The notes under the pieces are model-generated. The model had not been told where the DNA came from. It worked only from the letters and a program-made list of their open reading frames with translations, and did not search any database. The position numbers were made by a program, and so were the translations under genes. From Longimicrobiales bacterium (GTDB lineage: Bacteria; Gemmatimonadota; Gemmatimonadetes; Longimicrobiales; Gaopeijiaceae), in the NCBI GenBank assembly GCA_965219445.1, contig CBDCNQ010000002.1, positions 672,001-736,000 on the forward strand: a stretch of DNA of 64,000 bases, given 5' to 3'. This document shows positions 57,086 through 64,000 of the stretch, one piece after another. Numbering within the stretch: the stretch's first letter is position 1; each line of letters starts with the position of its first letter.

Positions 57086-57940
57086 TCACCCCGACTCCTC
57101 TGAATCGTCCTCTAGAGCGTGGACGATTTCGTATGCTGCGTTCTTGGCAATTCCGAGGCGGGACGACACTTCTCGCGCGGCCCGACTGGGCGTGAGGCCC
57201 TCAGCGAAGAGGGCCCGCACCAACGCTCGGGCGGCCGCCTCGTCGACCCGTTCCCTCCCCTCAGCCGGGGACCGCGGGGAGACCACTACAGTCACTTCTC
57301 CCCGCGCCTTGTTCTCCGCGTAGTAGCGCGCAGCTTCCGCCGTTGTTCCCCGGTAAAATTCTTCATGAATCTTGGTCATTTCGCGTGCCACGACAACCTG
57401 GCGGTCGGCGGCCACGAGCGCCATGAGCTCCTTTAGAAGATCGGCCAGACGCTCGGGAGATTCGAACACGACGGAGGTGCGTGCTGCGGAGGCGATGTCC
57501 TCGAGAAGAGCCAGCCGGTCCTTGGCTTTACGCGGCACAAATCCGTAGAACGAGAAGGGGACAGCGGGAAACCCGGCTCCCATGAGGGCCGAAAGGATCG
57601 CCGACGGGCCGGGCACGGGAACCACCTCGTGTCCCGCGTCCAACACCGCCCGTACGAGCCGCTCACCTGGATCCGACAGCAGCGGCGTGCCGGCATCGGA
57701 GACCAGCGCGAGGTTGTCACCCGCATCCAAATGCGCCACGACCTGCGGGATCCGGGAGGCTTCGTTGTGTTCATGCAGTGACGTCAACGAGGTGCGTAGG
57801 TCGTAGCGGTCGAGGAGCTTCCGGGTTCGACGTGTGTCTTCAGCCAGAATGCCGTCTACAGTCCCGAGAACTTCGACCGACCGGGCGGAGGCGTCCGAGA
57901 GGTTGCCGATCGGGGTGGCTACGATGTAGAGGGTGCTCAT
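57086..57940 (-). CDS. rsmI: 16S rRNA C1402 2'-O-methyltransferase
   Basis: LYIVATPIGNL, AEDTR, LVSDAGTP.LSDPG, FESPERL, REMTKIHEE. Confidence 0.96.
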   Translation of the reverse strand: MSTLYIVATPIGNLSDASARSVEVLGTVDGILAEDTRRTRKLLDRYDLRTSLTSLHEHNEASRIPQVVAHLDAGDNLALVSDAGTPLLSDPGERLVRAVLDAGHEVVPVPGPSAILSALMGAGFPAVPFSFYGFVPRKAKDRLALLEDIASAARTSVVFESPERLADLLKELMALVAADRQVVVAREMTKIHEEFYRGTTAEAARYYAENKARGEVTVVVSPRSPAEGRERVDEAAARALVRALFAEGLTPSRAAREVSSRLGIAKNAAYEIVHALEDDSEESG

Positions 57941-58024
57941 GCGGGCAGTATAGCAGAAAAGGCGACGGCCCGGAGATTCACTCCTCCAGGCCGCCGCATG
58001 TCCTCAAAACGCCCAGCGCTCCCC

Positions 58025-58360
58025 CTACATGTGCTCCTTGATCTTGGCCTCGAGCGTCGGGCGCGGCACTGCTCCGACCACCGTGTCCACGTGCTCGCCG
58101 TCCTTGAAGAACAACACGCTCGGGATCGAACGTACGGCGAAACGGACGGTCACATCCGGATTTTGGTCGACGTCCAACTTTCCAACCGTGACGCCACCGT
58201 CGCTGTACTCGTCCGCCAATGCCTCGACGATCGGCGCCACCATGCGGCAGGGCCCGCACCACTCGGCCCAGAAATCGATCATCGTGAGACCGGTGGACCC
58301 CTCGATCGTCTCCGCAAAATTCTGATCCGTGATTTCCACGATCTTTCCGTTCACACCCAT
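58025..58360 (-). CDS. trxA: Thioredoxin
   Basis: DFWAEWCGPCR, VRSIPS. Confidence 0.97.
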   Translation of the reverse strand: MGVNGKIVEITDQNFAETIEGSTGLTMIDFWAEWCGPCRMVAPIVEALADEYSDGGVTVGKLDVDQNPDVTVRFAVRSIPSVLFFKDGEHVDTVVGAVPRPTLEAKIKEHM

Positions 58361-58380
58361 CACTCGATCTCCTTATACCT

Positions 58381-58484
58381 TAAACGGGTCGGGTACCTTA
58401 GACGGATCGGGTACCACAATCGGGCCTGAGGCACCATCCGGTCCCGGTGTGTCTACTTTCCACTGTACTAGCAAAACTTTTGCT
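58381..58484. promoter_or_regulatory. Candidate regulatory sites between divergent trxA and mce
   Basis: 18-bp tandem repeat 58381-58416 (15/18 identical) and palindrome AGCAAAA-C-TTTTGCT at 58470-58484. Confidence 0.45.
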
Positions 58485-58509
58485 GTACCAACAAAACGTG
58501 CACTAACCC

Positions 58510-58905
58510 ATGAACGGTTTTCCGCTCGACCACGTCGGCGTCGCAGTTCCGTCCATTCAAGAGTCCGCGGCGACCTTCGAACCCATCACCGGGGCCACTT
58601 GTTCCAGCGTCGAGCATCTGCCAGGAGAAGACGTCAATGTCGCCTTCGTCGGATCCATCGAACTCATCGAGCCGAGATCCAGCGCCGGCCCCATCGCACT
58701 CTTCCTCGCCAGTCGCGGACCCGGCCTTCACCACGTCGCCTACCGGGTGCCCGACCTTCGCGCGACCCTCCAAGATCTGAATACTCGAGGGTTCCAACTC
58801 ATCGACGAGGAACCCCGTACGGGCGCCCGGGGGCACCTGGTGGCCTTTATTCATCCCAAATCAACCGGCGGGACCTTGATCGAGCTGGTGCAACGCGGCC
58901 CCTGA
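58510..58905 (+). CDS. mce: Methylmalonyl-CoA epimerase (VOC family)
   Basis: LDHVGVAV, IELIEP, GPGLHHVAYRV, FIHPKSTGGTLIELV. Confidence 0.9.
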   Translation: MNGFPLDHVGVAVPSIQESAATFEPITGATCSSVEHLPGEDVNVAFVGSIELIEPRSSAGPIALFLASRGPGLHHVAYRVPDLRATLQDLNTRGFQLIDEEPRTGARGHLVAFIHPKSTGGTLIELVQRGP

Positions 58906-58921
58906 CCGTAAGAACTCAGCC

Positions 58922-59446
58922 CTACCCGCCTTCCGTGATCTTTACCAGCTCGATCACATTGACCAGCCACCGATTGGGTGATTCCAGCACCACTGTAAAC
59001 CCGACATCCCGCACCATGTTGCCCTGGGGCAACAATAGGTCCACACCGAGCCGGGTTCTAGGAACTTCCGACCCTGGCACCCTACGCTCCGAAACGATGT
59101 CATAATCGTCGTGCTGGAGGATTTCGGCGATCACATCCATTCGCAGTTCGACCTCCTCCCTGTTCCCCCTGTCTCCGATGGGTCCGTCGTCGGTCCCGAA
59201 CAGGCGCGACATCGTCTCGAGATCCCGAGTGTTGGCGGCCTGCAGGAACCGCTCCACCGTCAAGGACGGGGCGACCGGTAACTGGGGCTGATTCACAACC
59301 GTCTGACTGGTACATGCACCCGCCGACATGAGCAGGACGAACAAAACCGGGAGACGCTTCAGCGGTCGGACTCCGGATACGAGGCAGCTTCTCGGTGCTC
59401 GAACGTGATCGCTCACGAGGTTATCCGAGCGAGTGGAGAGCGTCAA
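58922..59446 (-). CDS. Hypothetical lipoprotein (true start probably downstream of 59446)
   Basis: Lipobox-like [22 protein letters not shown]. Confidence 0.65.
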   Translation of the reverse strand: MTLSTRSDNLVSDHVRAPRSCLVSGVRPLKRLPVLFVLLMSAGACTSQTVVNQPQLPVAPSLTVERFLQAANTRDLETMSRLFGTDDGPIGDRGNREEVELRMDVIAEILQHDDYDIVSERRVPGSEVPRTRLGVDLLLPQGNMVRDVGFTVVLESPNRWLVNVIELVKITEGG

Positions 59447-62088
59447 GCGGATTGCAGAAATCCTTCCTCCACTCCCTCGTGTATGTGCTCGAACTCCACC
59501 TGCAACTCTTCGCCCGGCACCAGAGACACCCGAATCGTCGAGCCCTCCTCCACCTCTTCCTCGAGGAGATACATGGCCAGCGGGTCCTGGATTCGGCGCT
59601 GGATCACACGCTTGAGCGGGCGCGCACCGAACGCCGGATCGAAGCCCTCACGGGCCAAGGCGTCCTTGACCTCTTCGCCAATCGAGAGAGCCATGCCCAA
59701 CTCCGTTACCAACTCCTCCACACGCCGAAGCTGCAGCTCCACAATGGTCCGCAGACTTTCCGTCGAGAGCGGCGAATAGACGATCACGTCGTCGACACGG
59801 TTAAGAAACTCGGGACGGAAATGACCGTGCAAGGCCTTCTTCACCGCATCGACCGCAGAGTCCCACTCGGCCGTTCCTAACCTCTCCGTCCCCAAACTCT
59901 CCAGGATGATCTGACTTCCCAGATTGGAGGTCATGATGATTACGGTGCTGCGGAAGTCGACGGTCCGCCCTTGTGAATCCGTGAGTCGCCCGTCGTCCAG
60001 AATCTGGAGGAGCACGTTGAACACCTCCGGATGCGCCTTCTCGATCTCATCGAACAGGATGACCGCGTGCGGCCGACGTCGGACGGCCTCCGTGAGCTGG
60101 CCCCCTTCTTCGAACCCCACGTAGCCCGGAGGCGCTCCGATCAGGCGCGCCACGGCATGCTTCTCCATGTATTCCGACATGTCGATGCGGGTCATCGCAC
60201 GCTCGTCGTCGAAGAGGAAGTCCGCGAGTGCGCGTGCGGTCTCGGTTTTCCCGACGCCCGTGGGCCCGAGGAAAATGAATGAGCCAACGGGTCGGTCGGG
60301 GTCCTGGAGACCCGTGCGGGCCCGCCGGACGGCGTTCGACACCGCTTGGATCGCCTCCGACTGGCCAACGACCCGTTCGCCAAGGAGATCCTCCAGCTGG
60401 CGTAGACGCTCCCGTTCCGTCTCCATCAACCGGGTCACCGGGATGCCGGTCCACTCGGCGACTACCTCCGCGATGTCGTCGGCGTCGACTTCCTCCTTGA
60501 GGAACTTGCCCTCGCGCTGGAGTTCCGCGAGACGCTCCTCGGCGACCGCGGCGGCTTGCTCCGTGCCCGGAATCTCCGAGTACTGGACCTCTGCGGCACG
60601 CTCCAGATTGCCGGTGCGTGCGGCACGCTCGGCCTCGACCCGAAGCTCGTCGAGACGCTCCTTCAGCCCCTGTAGCCTCTCGATGGCTTCCTTCTCGGAC
60701 TGCCAGCGCGCTTTCATGCCGGCGCTCCGTTCCTTGAGGTCCGCAAGCTCGGCGTCCACGCCGGCCAAGCGGTCCTGGGCGCTCTTCTCCACTTCGGTGC
60801 TGAGCGCCTGCCTCTCGATTTCGAGCTGTGTGATGCGGCGCTCCACCTCGTCGATCTCCTGGGGCATCGAGTCGATTTCTATACGGAGCCGGCTCCCGGC
60901 CTCGTCCACGAGGTCGATCGCCTTGTCGGGGAGAAAGCGGCCACCGATGTAACGGTCCGAAAGCTTGGCCGCCGCGACGATGGCGTCGTCCGTGATCCGA
61001 ACCCCGTGATGAACCTCATAGCGCTCCTTGAGCCCGCGAAGAATCGCCACCGTGTCCTCGACCGAGGGCGGGGCGACGTAAACGGGCTGGAACCGGCGCT
61101 CGAGAGCCGCGTCCTTCTCGACGTGTTTGCGGTATTCACTCAGTGTGGTCGCCCCCACGACCCGCAACTCGCCGCGGGCTAAGGCGGGCTTCAGCATGTT
61201 ACCGGCGTCGACGGCACCCTCGGCGCCCCCCGCTCCGACGAGCGTATGGAGCTCGTCGATGAAGATGATGAAGCGCCCTTCTCCCTCGATGACCTCTTTG
61301 AGAACGGCCTTCATTCGCTCTTCGAACTCCCCACGGTACTTGGCACCTGCGACCATGGCGGAGATGTCGAGCGCGAGCAGGCGCTTGTCCGCGAGAGAGG
61401 TCGGCACGTCGCCATTCACGATTCTCTGAGCGAGGCCCTCGGCGATGGCTGTCTTTCCTACGCCGGGCTCCCCGATCAGGACCGGGTTGTTCTTGGTGCG
61501 ACGCGCGAGGACCTTCATGACCCGACGGACCTCTTCGTCACGACCGATCACGGGATCGAGCTTTCCTTGGCGGGCCAGTGCGGTCAGATCCCGGCTGTAG
61601 CGCTCGAGGGCCTGGTACTTGTCCTCGGGGTTCTGGTCCGTGACCCGGTGTCCACCCCGCACGGCGCTAAGGGCTTCGAGAACCCGTTCCTGGGTCGCGC
61701 CCGCCTCTCTGAGTGCCTCTCCCGCGTCTCCCTTCTCCACCGTGAGAGCGAGGAGGAAGTGTTCCGTCGACACGTACTCGTCGCCCAGTGCCAGGGCCTG
61801 TTTCTCGGCTTCATCCAGGACGTCGTCGAGATCCCGGCTCAGGGTTGGATCCGAGCCGCCGGAAACCCGGCCGCGGGCGTCGAGCGCCGCCTCGACTCGT
61901 TCGCGCACGCTCGGCACGGCCGCACCCAGCTTCTGGAGCACGGGCAGGACGATCCCTTCTTCCTGGTGGAGGAGCACATGGAGCAAATGGGCGCCATCGA
62001 TCTCCGGGGCCTCGCGGCGGCGGGCTTCCTGCGAAGCACCCTGGAGGGCCTCCCCGGCCTTGACCGTCAGTCTATCGAAGCTCAGCAT
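59443..62088 (-). CDS. clpB: ATP-dependent chaperone ClpB
   Basis: GEPGVGKT and GPTGVGKT Walker A motifs, long middle domain, FGARPLKR. Confidence 0.98.
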   Translation of the reverse strand: MLSFDRLTVKAGEALQGASQEARRREAPEIDGAHLLHVLLHQEEGIVLPVLQKLGAAVPSVRERVEAALDARGRVSGGSDPTLSRDLDDVLDEAEKQALALGDEYVSTEHFLLALTVEKGDAGEALREAGATQERVLEALSAVRGGHRVTDQNPEDKYQALERYSRDLTALARQGKLDPVIGRDEEVRRVMKVLARRTKNNPVLIGEPGVGKTAIAEGLAQRIVNGDVPTSLADKRLLALDISAMVAGAKYRGEFEERMKAVLKEVIEGEGRFIIFIDELHTLVGAGGAEGAVDAGNMLKPALARGELRVVGATTLSEYRKHVEKDAALERRFQPVYVAPPSVEDTVAILRGLKERYEVHHGVRITDDAIVAAAKLSDRYIGGRFLPDKAIDLVDEAGSRLRIEIDSMPQEIDEVERRITQLEIERQALSTEVEKSAQDRLAGVDAELADLKERSAGMKARWQSEKEAIERLQGLKERLDELRVEAERAARTGNLERAAEVQYSEIPGTEQAAAVAEERLAELQREGKFLKEEVDADDIAEVVAEWTGIPVTRLMETERERLRQLEDLLGERVVGQSEAIQAVSNAVRRARTGLQDPDRPVGSFIFLGPTGVGKTETARALADFLFDDERAMTRIDMSEYMEKHAVARLIGAPPGYVGFEEGGQLTEAVRRRPHAVILFDEIEKAHPEVFNVLLQILDDGRLTDSQGRTVDFRSTVIIMTSNLGSQIILESLGTERLGTAEWDSAVDAVKKALHGHFRPEFLNRVDDVIVYSPLSTESLRTIVELQLRRVEELVTELGMALSIGEEVKDALAREGFDPAFGARPLKRVIQRRIQDPLAMYLLEEEVEEGSTIRVSLVPGEELQVEFEHIHEGVEEGFLQSA

Positions 62089-62111
62089 CTTCTAGTTCTC
62101 CCGAGTCGTCC

Positions 62112-62197
62112 TGCCATTTTGGCATTATCGGAGCGCGCCTTCCGTCGACTTGACAGCGGTGGCCGCCAAAGCGGCCGGCCCTTGCCGCCAAAGCGGC
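62112..62197. promoter_or_regulatory. Candidate operator sites upstream of clpB
   Basis: TGCCA-TTT-TGGCA (62112-62124); GCCGCCAAAGCGGC at 62162 and 62184. Confidence 0.5.
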
Positions 62198-62324
62198 TGA
62201 GGCAGCGCCTCCGACTGTTCGTAACGCCTGTAAGAGACTCAAGATCCGGGCCAAGATTGACCCGAGCTGGGGGCCGGCTCGGGGGCTAGACGGCCGTGGA
62301 AGAAGTCCAGTGGGCCGCGGCCTT

Positions 62325-63788
62325 CTAGGGCAGCCGCCCTCCCGCCACTCGCTTGAGCAGGGTTCCGCCGGCGATGGATTCGTCCAGCGTGCGGCGATTG
62401 ATCACGGCGACCTGCTCGTCGCTTACGGTGGACGGAAACCGGTCGATGAACTGCTGCAACGTCATTCTTGACTGAATCCGAACGATTTCGATGCGTGCCG
62501 GCTCGACCCCGAGGACGTCGGGGTCGCTCACGGGTCGGAAGCTCTCTAGGCTCCCGACCACCGTGCCCTCGTGGGAGCTCCATCGAGAAGCCGCGGCATA
62601 GCCCATCAGTCGGAAGACCGCCCCTCCGTGCTCCACAAAGAGGACCGCGCCCCGCAGTCCGCCCTGTTCGGTATCGGCCGCAAAGGACGCCTCCCACCCC
62701 GAGCGCCCGTTGACCGACGTCCGGCGAGAGTTGCCGCCGCGAATGCCGTCCTGCCTCAGGAAGGTCGAGAGCGCACTCTCCGCGTCGCTCTCCCCCGGCT
62801 CCACCGTCAGAACGATCAGGGCCGTCTCGTCAGAAGATATGGCCCCGACCTGCGATTTCTGGTTGACCGTCGTCCATCCCCTGGGGAAATCGAGCGCGAA
62901 CGCCATGTCGGGATGGTAGAAAATCTCCTCCTCGAAGTAGCCCTCCCTCGGGTCCGTACCGAAGGTCATGCCGTCGAGGCTCCGCAGGTACTCGTCGCCC
63001 CGTCGCGCATACTCCGAATAATCCTGCCCCGAGGCCGCGATGATCTCGCGGATGTCCCCCTCACGGTTTACGGGATCGGGGTGGGTGGTCGCCCACCCGG
63101 GAACGCTCCCCCCTCCACCCCCCGCTAACCCGAGCGTCTGGAAGACGCCCACCAGAGCGTTCGGATCGTATCCAGCCCGCGACATATAACGCACCCCGAG
63201 CTCGTCCGACTGGGACTCGTCTCCTCTGCTGTACCTCAGGTTGAGGAGTCCCAGGCCCACGGACAGCACCCCTGCTACGGAGGCCACGTCCGAGGAAAGG
63301 ATGGATCCGACGCCCAGACCGATCTGCTGGAGCTGCTGGCGGCTCATCTGGCTGGCGGAGTGGCGCGCCGTGACGTGCCCGATCTCGTGGCCGAGGACCC
63401 CGGCGAGCTCGGCCTCGGAGTTCAGGGCGGCCATGATCCCCCTCGTCACGAAGATGAATCCGCCCGGAAGCGCGAAGGCGTTCACCATCGGGTCGTCCAC
63501 CAGCTTGAAGGACCAGGGCAACTGGGGACGCTCCGAACGGGAAGCCAAGTCGGTCCCGATATTGGTGACCGCCGTTTGAAGCTCATCGGACTCGTATAGC
63601 CCGAGGGACTCGGTAATCGGCCCGTCGGCGTCGCGCCCCATCGCGATTTCCTCCGACTCGCTCATCAAGATGAACTGGCGCTGGCCCGTAGCCGGGTTCA
63701 CGGCGCACCCGGTTGCGGTCAACATTGGCGAAGCCAACAAGATCAATCCGACTACGAGATCCTGGACCCGATTCCGGATACGTGTCAT
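62325..63788 (-). CDS. M48 family Zn metalloprotease lipoprotein (BepA-like)
   Basis: GCAVNPATG, NAFALPGG, HEIGH, YSRGDE..D, THP. Confidence 0.93.
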   Translation of the reverse strand: MTRIRNRVQDLVVGLILLASPMLTATGCAVNPATGQRQFILMSESEEIAMGRDADGPITESLGLYESDELQTAVTNIGTDLASRSERPQLPWSFKLVDDPMVNAFALPGGFIFVTRGIMAALNSEAELAGVLGHEIGHVTARHSASQMSRQQLQQIGLGVGSILSSDVASVAGVLSVGLGLLNLRYSRGDESQSDELGVRYMSRAGYDPNALVGVFQTLGLAGGGGGSVPGWATTHPDPVNREGDIREIIAASGQDYSEYARRGDEYLRSLDGMTFGTDPREGYFEEEIFYHPDMAFALDFPRGWTTVNQKSQVGAISSDETALIVLTVEPGESDAESALSTFLRQDGIRGGNSRRTSVNGRSGWEASFAADTEQGGLRGAVLFVEHGGAVFRLMGYAAASRWSSHEGTVVGSLESFRPVSDPDVLGVEPARIEIVRIQSRMTLQQFIDRFPSTVSDEQVAVINRRTLDESIAGGTLLKRVAGGRLP

Positions 63789-64000
63789 GAGCCTCTTCCT
63801 CCGGCTGAATCAGTCTTGCCTGGGGTGCTCAAACATAAGGCTGATGTACGTTGGAGTGATACTGAAACGCGGGATCGTATCTTCTTGACGCGCGATGCGG
63901 GGCGCACGAGCTTCCGCTCACCAGAGCGCACCTACCCGCGTACCAACATGATTGTAGCGCCCAACATCGTTGGCAGCCCCCACCCTCTCCGAGTGCGTCT

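Overview
GC-rich bacterial chromosomal segment. The gene content, notably the 'MTDPVARLNAALEGRY' Ser/Thr kinase-PD40 family and a DUF4159/DUF4175/TPR operon, suggests a Gemmatimonadota-type genome (inference). The right half (34.2-64 kb) is intact housekeeping DNA: purH, purN, erpA, gmhB, selA, valS, a JAB-DinG helicase, rsmI, trxA, mce, clpB and an M48 protease, interrupted by one ~337-bp MITE. The left half (1-34 kb) is an accessory region ending at tRNA-Ser(UGA). It holds a TRAP/aminotransferase/FAD-FeS oxidase catabolic cluster and many exported redox or beta-propeller proteins (c-type cytochromes, a cytochrome-PQQ fusion, NHL, YVTN, cupins). It also holds three single-base-frameshifted genes, gene relics, and three copies of the tRNA-Ser 3' end spaced ~4.3 kb apart. 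The strongest signal is a 598-bp truncated IS110/IS1111-type element inside a kinase gene. Its non-coding right end (putative bridge/seekRNA) matches both its own insertion site and its own end, and it is flanked by six copies of its terminal 10-mer GTCCATAGAC, each joined at C|G. All calls come from reading motifs by eye; no database searches were run.
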